64,000 bases of DNA from a virus (taxonomy: Duplodnaviria; Caudoviricetes): positions 12,591-76,590 of the IMG/VR virus record IMGVR_UViG_3300037400_004297; one strand, 5' to 3'. Position numbers and translations under genes: made by a program. Shown here piece by piece: positions 50,222-58,266 of this stretch; positions within the stretch are counted from its first letter, which is position 1; every line of letters begins with the position of its first letter. The notes below the pieces were generated by a model that worked only from the letters and a program-made list of their open reading frames with translations, did not search any database and was not told the origin of the DNA.

Positions 50222-50249
50222 AAGAGGTAGCAGTGATGCTACCTTTTTT
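50222..50249 (+). terminator. Intrinsic terminator
   Basis: AGAGGTAGCA-GTGA-TGCTACCTTT plus T tract. Confidence 0.75.
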
Positions 50250-50277
50250 ATTGTTATGTGATATTTATAAGAAAATA

Positions 50278-50502
50278 ATGTATTATATGAAGATGATTAA
50301 TGAAAGTAGAATAGACCAGATTATATCTGAAGAAATAAGCAAGGCAGATGTTGATAGGGCAGTTACCAGCAAATTGGCATCTTCGTATGATTCAAGGGAG
50401 TTCAAGAAGGCTGTGAAGGAGATTGTTGCAGACGCAATTGAAGACCTGTACAGAACTCTCTTCAACAGAAGTAGCAGTTGGAGAGGAGGAGTTGTGAGAT
50501 AA
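50278..50502 (+). CDS. Small protein with degenerate leader (MINESRIDQIISEEI)
   Basis: TATTTATA at 50262-50269 upstream. Confidence 0.6.
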   Translation: MYYMKMINESRIDQIISEEISKADVDRAVTSKLASSYDSREFKKAVKEIVADAIEDLYRTLFNRSSSWRGGVVR

Positions 50503-50864
50503 TGAAAATAATATATATTAATGAAAATAGAATCCCAGAAATAAAACGTCTGATAGACGAATCTAGCGAAAAAATTTCATTTCTTCTTTTTTTTGAACAG
50601 ATAAGGGATTTCATAAAGGGTCTGCTTGAAGACCCAATTAATACAAAACCTAGTCAGATACTTAGAGACAGGGGACTTCACAACGGAAAACTCAGGAAGA
50701 TGTTGCGTGATGCAAATATCATAAAGATGAGTGAGAAGATAGATGAGCCTCACAGTGAAGAGACTGGAGAAATAGAATCAAGGTACTACATATCATATAA
50801 AGTGCCTAAGAAGGACTTCAAGAAGAAAGTAAGGAGATTATATCAGAAGATATTTGAATCATAA
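50502..50864 (+). CDS. Hypothetical protein with degenerate leader (IYINENRI)
   Basis: TAATG coupling with the previous gene. Confidence 0.65.
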   Translation: MKIIYINENRIPEIKRLIDESSEKISFLLFFEQIRDFIKGLLEDPINTKPSQILRDRGLHNGKLRKMLRDANIIKMSEKIDEPHSEETGEIESRYYISYKVPKKDFKKKVRRLYQKIFES

Positions 50865-50890
50865 AATAACAAAGAAAAACTTAATAGATA

Positions 50891-51061
50891 ATGAAAGAGA
50901 TTGATGCAATACTTGGATACTATCAGTTTGACCCTGACAGTACTATGGTGAAAAAGGATGAAAACTATAAGGATGAAACTTTTCAGATTTCAAAGGTAGA
51001 CGAAAAAGTGCTGTCTCCTTTCAAAGAAGAAAAAGAGGAAGAAAATGACCATGAAGGTTAA
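50891..51061 (+). CDS. Small acidic hypothetical protein (56 aa, not in ORF track)
   Basis: Fills the intergenic gap on the coding strand. Confidence 0.5.
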   Translation: MKEIDAILGYYQFDPDSTMVKKDENYKDETFQISKVDEKVLSPFKEEKEEENDHEG

Positions 51062-51076
51062 TATATATCCATATAT

Positions 51077-52192
51077 ATGAGTAAACAACTAATAAGATTA
51101 ACAGAGCATGATTTACACATACTCGTTGAGGATACTGTAAAGCAGTACCTTACTGAGTTTGGACCGTCATGGGCTGGTATTAAGAACTCATTAGGAGGAA
51201 TTGGTAAGGGTAATTGGTATCTTGGTCAGACGTACAAGACTGGTAAGTTTGCGTCTCAGTTCAATAAGTATGCAAAACAAGCTCAAGACTCTCTTGCACA
51301 GTTGAAAAACATAGCTAACCAAACAAGTAACAAAGAGATTGCTGATGAAATAACAAATACTAGTAGGATGTTAGGTAAAGCATCTACTGGCTTTGCAAAG
51401 ATGGCAAAAAACACCCAGAAACCTGGTAATGCCATGAATACATCAGTACAGAATCCTTGGGGCGCTGATAGGCAAAATATGCAAAAAAAATACAATCAAC
51501 TAAACAAGAATTATAAGCAGATGTCTGGTGATTATAACACGTTACAGCAGAATAATAGCCAGTTACAGCAAGCTTATGGCGACATGTCAAGCGCATATAA
51601 TGACCTATACGATAGAAATAGCCAGTTACAGCAAAAGTATAATAGCCTAAATCAGCCATTTGACCCTTGGAAAGACTCTAATAACGGTACTCCTACTCCA
51701 CCACCAGAGAACAAACAGGGTGGACAAAACGGTTATGCGCCACCAGAAGGGTATATGAATCAGTTCTACCCTACTAATCAGCAGACACCAGGTTATAGCA
51801 CAAACTATGGTTCAAAAGTACCAACATATAGTCAATATGGAAATGAGGAAATACCAAATGTTTCACAACCTCAATCAACAACTCCAGGAATGACACCACA
51901 GGTAAATTCTACTACTGGTAAACCTAGAGTTAATAAAGGTAAGGCTGGTACGCCTAGAACAAATAAAGGTAATACTGGTGGAAGAAAATTAACAAAGAAA
52001 GAGAGAGAGGCGTTAGAAAAAAAAGAAGCTGAATTGTACAAACAAAGACAAAATTTAGCTAGAAAAAAAAGGGTAGGTAGCCTAAATTTAGGACAAGCTG
52101 CCACCAGACAGGGGGCAACTGCCAACAAACAACCAGATAACACACAAAATAATGGCTATGTAGGAGAATTATTTCCAGGTCAAGGAGGATAA
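51077..52192 (+). CDS. Putative head-internal/ejection protein with IRLTEHDL leader, heptad coiled coil and Q/N/P-rich tail
   Basis: MSKQLIRLTEHDLHILVEDTV; 18-bp repeat at 51554-51571 and 51617-51634 (63-nt period). Confidence 0.65.
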   Translation: MSKQLIRLTEHDLHILVEDTVKQYLTEFGPSWAGIKNSLGGIGKGNWYLGQTYKTGKFASQFNKYAKQAQDSLAQLKNIANQTSNKEIADEITNTSRMLGKASTGFAKMAKNTQKPGNAMNTSVQNPWGADRQNMQKKYNQLNKNYKQMSGDYNTLQQNNSQLQQAYGDMSSAYNDLYDRNSQLQQKYNSLNQPFDPWKDSNNGTPTPPPENKQGGQNGYAPPEGYMNQFYPTNQQTPGYSTNYGSKVPTYSQYGNEEIPNVSQPQSTTPGMTPQVNSTTGKPRVNKGKAGTPRTNKGNTGGRKLTKKEREALEKKEAELYKQRQNLARKKRVGSLNLGQAATRQGATANKQPDNTQNNGYVGELFPGQGG

Positions 52193-52196
52193 AAAT

Positions 52197-52595
52197 ATGA
52201 AACAAATTATAAGACTTACAGAGAGTGACCTTCATAAAATTGTGAAAGAGTCGGTACAGAATATTTTACAAGAAATGGAACAAGATGATTTCAAAAATCC
52301 ATTCAGTCCATATTTCCATTTAAATAAAAGGAGTAATAAGCCTATTTCGCCAAAGAGGAATAATGCAAAAAAACCTATTGAAGAAGAAATGGGCCCTGGT
52401 TCACCAGGAGGTGGATTTGCAGGAGGTAGTAGCACCCCAGTTGGAGCAAACAATGCCCAGATATCTTCTACTGCGGCATATGATAGACCAGTGAATGACG
52501 GAAATAACGATGATTTCTGGGGTGATTCTACAAGTAGGCCAAAGGGTGATATTGCAATGAATAAAAATGAAGAACATGTTGGGCACAAGGGATGA
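52197..52595 (+). CDS. Putative head-internal protein with IRLTESDL leader
   Basis: MKQIIRLTESDLHKIVKESVQNILQE. Confidence 0.65.
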   Translation: MKQIIRLTESDLHKIVKESVQNILQEMEQDDFKNPFSPYFHLNKRSNKPISPKRNNAKKPIEEEMGPGSPGGGFAGGSSTPVGANNAQISSTAAYDRPVNDGNNDDFWGDSTSRPKGDIAMNKNEEHVGHKG

Positions 52596-52834
52596 AGCAA
52601 ATAATTAGGTTAACAGAAAGTGATTTACATAGGTTGGTAAAAGAATCTGTACGTAGAATACTTGCAGAGACTGATGCCAGTTCTTCTGGTGATGTTAACC
52701 GTCCTGTATTTCCTATAATGAGAAGACCATCTCCAGTTGGTGAACCTATTGATAAAAAGGTTGATAAACTGGGAGATGATGCTTCTGACAGGAAAGGTGG
52801 GGATAACCATTCAATAGCAGTGAATTACGTATGA
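52592..52834 (+). CDS. Putative head-internal protein with IRLTESDL leader (paralogue of the previous gene)
   Basis: MKQIIRLTESDLHRLVKESVRRILAE; shares RPV and GD...KG..IA.N motifs with 52197. Confidence 0.65.
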   Translation: MKQIIRLTESDLHRLVKESVRRILAETDASSSGDVNRPVFPIMRRPSPVGEPIDKKVDKLGDDASDRKGGDNHSIAVNYV

Positions 52835-52992
52835 TAGACTACGAAGCAAATGAGGAGGTTATCAAGAAGGTAAAAGAGATTGATGACCAGCTCAAGGAAG
52901 AAAGAGAAAAAGAAAACCCTGATGGCGGGAAGATGACCAGACTGATGTTTGAGCAGCTTCTTAGGGGTATGTATATAAATCAATTTCAATAA
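52831..52992 (+). CDS. Small hypothetical protein (53 aa, not in ORF track)
   Basis: ATGA overlap with the previous stop. Confidence 0.5.
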   Translation: MIDYEANEEVIKKVKEIDDQLKEEREKENPDGGKMTRLMFEQLLRGMYINQFQ

Positions 52993-53003
52993 ATTATAAA
53001 ATT

Positions 53004-53828
53004 ATGGTAACAAAAATTAATGTAGGAGAGTTAAGGAAGGTTCTACACGAAGAGGCTAGTAAAAACGAGTTTAAACCCGTAATGTTTGGCGACAAAGAAT
53101 CTGCTAAGATTAATAGGGAAGCCTACAACGACATCAAGAAGGAAACAGACAAGTACGATGGTGGTGTCGGTAAGAAGAATGAGAACCCTGGAGGTGGTAT
53201 ATCAGCTACTGATAACAAGGGTATGCATGACCTTACTTATGACAATATCAATAAGCCATTTCAGGAGAGAACTAAGTCACAGATGAAGGGCTACGTTTCA
53301 AAGGATGCCGAAGATAAACATAAGGATGATGAATTCGGCAATGCAACATTCGACAAGAATGGTAAAATTTATGACGCAGCAAAAGAGCATGCTGAAGCGG
53401 CTAAACAAGGCAAGGATACTGCTGCTGAAATAGGACTTACTGGCAGTAAGTTAAATAAAAAGGATATTGAAGATAACGACAGTACTATGTACGAGAGTAA
53501 GAAAATCAAGAGGCTTACCTTTAAGACACAGTTCATTTCAGAGGGACATATGTTGACCAAGATTCCTGATGAGCTGAAGGTAGAGGGAAAGAAATTTATT
53601 ATGAGAGATACTGCTGATAATGAGTATCTTGTTGAATGGAACAGTAAAGAGCCTAAGGTTACCAAGAAGGTTAACATGACTCTAGTAAACGAGCAGAAGG
53701 AGAGAATAAAGCAGCTTTGGGGATACAAGAGTGCAGAGGCAAATAAAACAACAGCTTCTTTCAGAATCCAGGAGGGCAAAGAATTCACCGACATGGTAAA
53801 CAAGGCTAGAAAGTTAATGAATGAATAA
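53004..53828 (+). CDS. Hypothetical protein (possible head/scaffold-associated)
   Basis: KINVGELRKVLHEE leader variant; several x-x-E sites. Confidence 0.6.
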   Translation: MVTKINVGELRKVLHEEASKNEFKPVMFGDKESAKINREAYNDIKKETDKYDGGVGKKNENPGGGISATDNKGMHDLTYDNINKPFQERTKSQMKGYVSKDAEDKHKDDEFGNATFDKNGKIYDAAKEHAEAAKQGKDTAAEIGLTGSKLNKKDIEDNDSTMYESKKIKRLTFKTQFISEGHMLTKIPDELKVEGKKFIMRDTADNEYLVEWNSKEPKVTKKVNMTLVNEQKERIKQLWGYKSAEANKTTASFRIQEGKEFTDMVNKARKLMNE

Positions 53829-53860
53829 TAAGATTTAATTAATATAAAGAGGAAAAAGAA

Positions 53861-54634
53861 ATGGAAAACAAAGACATAAATATTAATATAAATCCTAGTT
53901 CAAAGAAAGAGCCAATCTACACACAAGTTGCAAAATGGGTTACTTCTACAATAGCGAATGCAAAGTGGACGAAAATTTTAAAAGTATATTTTGTTATGTT
54001 TTTCTTTCTAGCCACAGCTTTAATAGGATATTTCACATACAATGTAATTCAGAATGAGGAATTCATTGCTAAAACCTCTGACAAAATGTTGGATGGTGAT
54101 ACGAAGAAAGAAGAGGATTTAAGAGATTTTGTTGTGACACCAAAAGTTCAACACGATATTGCTGTTCTTATGTATTCATTAGATGCTGATAGAGTGTTTA
54201 TATTTGAACTTCATAATGGTAAGAGGAACATAAGTGGACTTCCATTCAGGTATGCTGATATGTCATATGAGGCAGCAAATAGGGAAAATGGGGTTGACAG
54301 GGTATATAGGAAATATCAGGATGTTCCATTGAATATGTATGTATTCCCTACCTATATGTACAAGGAGAAATTCTTTGTTGGAACTGCTGATTCTGTAGAA
54401 GAAATCGACTATGATTTTGGTAAATCAATGAAGGAAGATGGTGGAAAATATGTTTCGTTCATTTATCTTAATGGTACTTATGAGCCACTTGGATTCCTAG
54501 GAATATCATTTCATAGAAGTGAAAATTTACCAGATAAGAAGGTTATTGAAGCTAAAATGAAGGCTTACGGTAATACAATAAGCGAACTTCTTGATTTGGA
54601 TGTTCAATTAAGAAGGCAAAAATTAAATAAATAA
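53861..54634 (+). CDS. Single-TM protein with GAF-like periplasmic domain; T4 holin T-like candidate
   Basis: About 40-aa N-terminus, one TM (VYFVMFFFLATALIGYF), then DADRVFIFELHNG...PLGFLGISF. Confidence 0.45.
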   Translation: MENKDINININPSSKKEPIYTQVAKWVTSTIANAKWTKILKVYFVMFFFLATALIGYFTYNVIQNEEFIAKTSDKMLDGDTKKEEDLRDFVVTPKVQHDIAVLMYSLDADRVFIFELHNGKRNISGLPFRYADMSYEAANRENGVDRVYRKYQDVPLNMYVFPTYMYKEKFFVGTADSVEEIDYDFGKSMKEDGGKYVSFIYLNGTYEPLGFLGISFHRSENLPDKKVIEAKMKAYGNTISELLDLDVQLRRQKLNK

Positions 54635-54638
54635 TGTT

Positions 54639-55316
54639 ATGAAACAAAAATGTTTCTATATTGTATTTATTTTGTTTATAGTAACTTGTGGCCTGTTATG
54701 GTATTCATATAAACAGTATCAGGAGTCAAGCAAGCTTGTTGATGAAATAGAATACTATGATAGCTTGAATACATATAACAAGGTATACTATAGCAAGACA
54801 TTCTCTTCATTGAGGAAAGAGAATAAACAGCTATATGATTCCTTGAAACAGTATAAGGATAAAATTGACTATATTGTACAGTTCTATCACGAGAAAGAAT
54901 ATAATACTGGTAATTCTACAGTTAAGCCTAATATAAAGGACAGTACAGTATATGATACCACCCCTATGGTAATACCATCAGTTGCAAGGACTTATGAATA
55001 TGTTAGTGAACCAAACGATACATTTCAATACAAATTGAATGTGAATTCGTTTACTGAACCAAAATGGTATTCAATACAGGCTAAGGTAAAGAATAAGTTT
55101 ACTATTGTTAATAAGGAAGATGGTGATGCCAATCATGTTACAATAAAGCCTGATAATGGTGGAACAGTAAGTGATGTTACGGTTTTCCACAAAAAGGAAA
55201 CAAAGAACTTCTGGGATAGATTTTCAATAGGTCCTGGCGTTACGGCTGGATATGACCCAGTAAATAAGCAATGGGGTATTGTAGGTGGCGTAACAATATC
55301 TTATAAGTTAAACTAA
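54639..55316 (+). CDS. Spanin-like envelope protein (N-terminal TM, coiled coil, C-terminal amphipathic beta-strands)
   Basis: TM at residues 5-22; ends FSIGPGVTAGYDPVNKQWGIVGGVTISYKLN. Confidence 0.4.
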   Translation: MKQKCFYIVFILFIVTCGLLWYSYKQYQESSKLVDEIEYYDSLNTYNKVYYSKTFSSLRKENKQLYDSLKQYKDKIDYIVQFYHEKEYNTGNSTVKPNIKDSTVYDTTPMVIPSVARTYEYVSEPNDTFQYKLNVNSFTEPKWYSIQAKVKNKFTIVNKEDGDANHVTIKPDNGGTVSDVTVFHKKETKNFWDRFSIGPGVTAGYDPVNKQWGIVGGVTISYKLN

Positions 55317-55325
55317 AACATGATA

Positions 55326-55360
55326 AATGCTTGGGAAATATTTGTTTCTCAAGCTTTTTT
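55326..55360 (+). terminator. Intrinsic terminator
   Basis: GCTTGGGAAA...TTTCTCAAGC plus long T tract. Confidence 0.75.
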
Positions 55361-55401
55361 TTTATATTTTATTATATTTAATGAAATAAATCTTAAGATA
55401 T

Positions 55402-55593
55402 ATGATGACAATATTGTTACAAATAAAAGTGTTCTTGTTTATAATGGCATGGTTCACTGTAATACTGGATGCATTGCACATTGTTAGTGTGTTCCGTTTT
55501 AAGAGAGGCAAACTGTTCGAAAGTGATAAAGACCTCACACTATTTGGTGCGTCAGTTGCATATATACTAACTATTTTAATATGTGGTTTCTAA
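55402..55593 (+). CDS. Small 2-TM membrane protein
   Basis: Two hydrophobic helices. Confidence 0.6.
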   Translation: MMTILLQIKVFLFIMAWFTVILDALHIVSVFRFKRGKLFESDKDLTLFGASVAYILTILICGF

Positions 55594-55594
55594 A

Positions 55595-56086
55595 ATGAAG
55601 ACGTTACAGGAGAGAATGGATGGTATGCGCCCATACTTCAGAGCCATTGAAGTATATAACGACGCTCTTATGGTAAGAGTTGTACTGCCTTCAAGCTGGA
55701 AGATATACCCTTCACAGGATGGTAAAATAAAGGTAACTCCATCAGAGGCTAATGCTAATGAAGCTATATATTATGCAGACTGTAATGAAGCATCCTATGA
55801 AGACATATTCGACCTTGTTGAAGAGACAATAAAGAACAATAAGGATATAGTTTCAAAACTTAAACTCTTAAAAGAAAAGGTTGAAGAACTTAAAGAGTTG
55901 TTTTCAAGGCATAGTTTCGAAGAATTGCAAACTTTGAAATTCGAGATTACAGAGGCTAAAAAGGAGAAACCTAAGAGGAAGTACACCAAGAAGAAGAAAG
56001 AGGCTGAGAAGCCATCAGAAGAGCAAATAGAAGCAGTTGAAGGGGTTGATGAAGGACAAATAACAGTAGAAGAGAATAGAGACTAA
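55595..56086 (+). CDS. Hypothetical protein
   Basis: ATG 55595; coiled-coil C-terminus. Confidence 0.65.
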   Translation: MKTLQERMDGMRPYFRAIEVYNDALMVRVVLPSSWKIYPSQDGKIKVTPSEANANEAIYYADCNEASYEDIFDLVEETIKNNKDIVSKLKLLKEKVEELKELFSRHSFEELQTLKFEITEAKKEKPKRKYTKKKKEAEKPSEEQIEAVEGVDEGQITVEENRD

Positions 56087-56448
56087 TGGAGTGGATTATT
56101 ATTTTTGTGTTTTGTGTGGTTGCATATGGTATATCAAACCATTTTGTATATGCTCATGGTCCGATGCACATTTATGACCATATACGTTGTCTTGCAGATA
56201 AGATACACCCAAATCTTGGAGAATTATTCCAGTGTATGATTTGTTTCCCAACATGGGTTGGGTTTATACTTAGCGCAGCAAATTCGTGGCTACTACCAGA
56301 GCTTGCTCTAACGCCAGGAACGCTTCTTATGAGTATGTTTGCCCCTTGGTGGGTAATAATGATTATAGATGGATTCTTTGCATCTGGTATTGTATGGCTA
56401 ATACATACAGTGCAAGAGGCGTTGGAAAGGAGTAACGGAGGTGAGTAA
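56086..56448 (+). CDS. DUF1360-like membrane protein
   Basis: ELFQCMICFPTWVG motif with 3 TM segments. Confidence 0.55.
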   Translation: MEWIIIFVFCVVAYGISNHFVYAHGPMHIYDHIRCLADKIHPNLGELFQCMICFPTWVGFILSAANSWLLPELALTPGTLLMSMFAPWWVIMIIDGFFASGIVWLIHTVQEALERSNGGE

Positions 56449-56638
56449 TATTGCTATTGATAGGGAGATAACTACCCTGGAAAGTGAAAAGAAAATGTCT
56501 GAGCTTGCACTTAAAGCTCACCAGAATGCTCTTGCAGCACAACTCAGGGGTAGTATGGGAAGAGACATAGACAAAACGGTTAAGAAAAAGAAATCGTTTT
56601 GGGATAAATTTGATAATTTCCTAAAGATGCTTGGTTAG
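56441..56638 (+). CDS. Small hypothetical protein
   Basis: ORF in operon; TAG stop. Confidence 0.6.
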   Translation: MSNIAIDREITTLESEKKMSELALKAHQNALAAQLRGSMGRDIDKTVKKKKSFWDKFDNFLKMLG

Positions 56639-56639
56639 T

Positions 56640-56888
56640 ATGAGTGAATTTAATTTAAGTAGTATGAGCATATTCAGTATTGGCACAATACTCAGTGATA
56701 CACTTAGAGATTATGGAATAACTGAAAAGGCTAATCTCACTATTTATGTGGACGAAGAACAGTTTAAGTTGGTTGATGAAGACTTGTTCTACAGGAACAG
56801 AAAGGATGAGAAGGAGGAATTTGTGCCTTCAGAGGGTGAGATAGATATTAATTTTGAATTGGCTAAAATTATAATTAAGAAAAAATAG
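56640..56888 (+). CDS. Small hypothetical protein
   Basis: ATG 56640 just after the previous stop. Confidence 0.6.
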   Translation: MSEFNLSSMSIFSIGTILSDTLRDYGITEKANLTIYVDEEQFKLVDEDLFYRNRKDEKEEFVPSEGEIDINFELAKIIIKKK

Positions 56889-56890
56889 TT

Positions 56891-57445
56891 ATGAATGTTA
56901 TAAAAACTGATATTGAAGGAGTTGTTATCATTGAACCAAAGATATTTGAGGATTCAAGGGGATATTTTTTTGAGTCATACAATGACCTAGAGTTTATTAA
57001 CAAAGTTGGGTTTGTAGATTTTATTCAGGATAATGAATCAAAGTCTTCCTATGGTGTTATGAGAGGGCTTCATTTTCAAAGACCGCCACATACACAGGCA
57101 AAGCTTGTAAGGTGCGTTAGAGGGGCTGTATTGGACGTTGCTGTTGATTTGAGAAAGGATAGCCCAACTTATGGTAAACATGTTGCAGTAGAACTTACTG
57201 AAGATAATCATAGACAATTGTTTATACCTAAGGGGTTTGCTCATGGTTTTGCGGTTCTTAGTGATACTGCTGTATTCCAGTATAAATGCGATGACTTTTA
57301 TCATCCAGAGCTGGATGGAGGTATAAATATACTTGATAAGTCACTTGGTATAGACTGGAAAATACCAGAAGATAAGGTTATACTTTCTGATAAGGACACG
57401 AAGCATCCAATGTTGAAAGATTTTGATACACCGTTTACAATGTAA
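56891..57445 (+). CDS. rfbC: dTDP-4-dehydrorhamnose 3,5-epimerase
   Basis: FEDSRGYFFESY, QDNESKS, RGLHFQ, AKLVRCVRGAVLDVAVDLR, GFAHGF, YKCDDFY. Confidence 0.95.
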   Translation: MNVIKTDIEGVVIIEPKIFEDSRGYFFESYNDLEFINKVGFVDFIQDNESKSSYGVMRGLHFQRPPHTQAKLVRCVRGAVLDVAVDLRKDSPTYGKHVAVELTEDNHRQLFIPKGFAHGFAVLSDTAVFQYKCDDFYHPELDGGINILDKSLGIDWKIPEDKVILSDKDTKHPMLKDFDTPFTM

Positions 57446-57448
57446 TAT

Positions 57449-57481
57449 AAAAGAGTGAGGAACAGTCCCCACTCTTTTTTT
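57449..57481. terminator. Bidirectional terminator
   Basis: AAAAGAGTGAGG...CCCCACTCTTTT between convergent genes. Confidence 0.8.
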
Positions 57482-58175
57482 ATGGTCTTGTGCTTGCCCT
57501 TTTTATCTTTGACAAATCCCAGTGTGTAAGTTCTTGTATTCTATTCATCCAGAACTTTTTATATTTGCCTCCATCAACATCTCCAATAAATGCTATATAT
57601 TTATATTTTTTATTTCTGGCTTTTTCTTCTATTGCGTTATATAATCTTATACTGTCCTGTGTATTTTTACATATAACCATTTCAAGTTTTCCGTTGCAGT
57701 CTACAAGAAGTTTGTTCTTGAATACCTGGATGGATTTAAACATATATTTGTTGGAAGCATCCTTTGTAATGAAGGTATCAAATATCCAGTTGAAATCTTT
57801 TCGCTGTAATCTGGGGTGATACCCATATACCCAGAATGTTTCTTCGACGTAGTATGGCGCTCTGTCATAGATGACCCAATCTTCGTCAGATGATTTGTAA
57901 TTGATATATTTTCCATATTCATCTTTTATTTTTGATATACTGTTTTCGAATTCGTCTTTACCTTTAATTATGACTAGCTCGTATTCGCATTCAAGCATAA
58001 CGTGTTCGTGGTTGTTCCATCTCATTGGAAAAACCACATTTTTATTTTCCTTAAGCATAGAGGCAAATTTCTTATTCACTTTAGCCTCAGAATTAGTAAA
58101 ATACAAGTCTCTTAACTGTTTACCGTGATTAGTCAATATTATATGGTATAACAGTTTTTTAGGTTTACGTGCCAT
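57480..58175 (-). CDS. Hypothetical basic protein
   Basis: Long minus-strand ORF; start placed at MARKPKK. Confidence 0.7.
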   Translation of the reverse strand: MARKPKKLLYHIILTNHGKQLRDLYFTNSEAKVNKKFASMLKENKNVVFPMRWNNHEHVMLECEYELVIIKGKDEFENSISKIKDEYGKYINYKSSDEDWVIYDRAPYYVEETFWVYGYHPRLQRKDFNWIFDTFITKDASNKYMFKSIQVFKNKLLVDCNGKLEMVICKNTQDSIRLYNAIEEKARNKKYKYIAFIGDVDGGKYKKFWMNRIQELTHWDLSKIKRASTRP

Positions 58176-58218
58176 ATGATAAAATATACCCAAAAGTTAA
58201 AAAAAGTAAATGAAATAT

Positions 58219-58249
58219 TTTGTTTTTTAATTTTTTTTATATATCTTTG
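58219..58249 (+). promoter_or_regulatory. Bacteroidota-type promoter TTTG-N19-TATCTTTG
   Basis: Exact spacing; near-identical to 44398-44428. Confidence 0.75.
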
Positions 58250-58266
58250 CACTAGATAATAGCATT

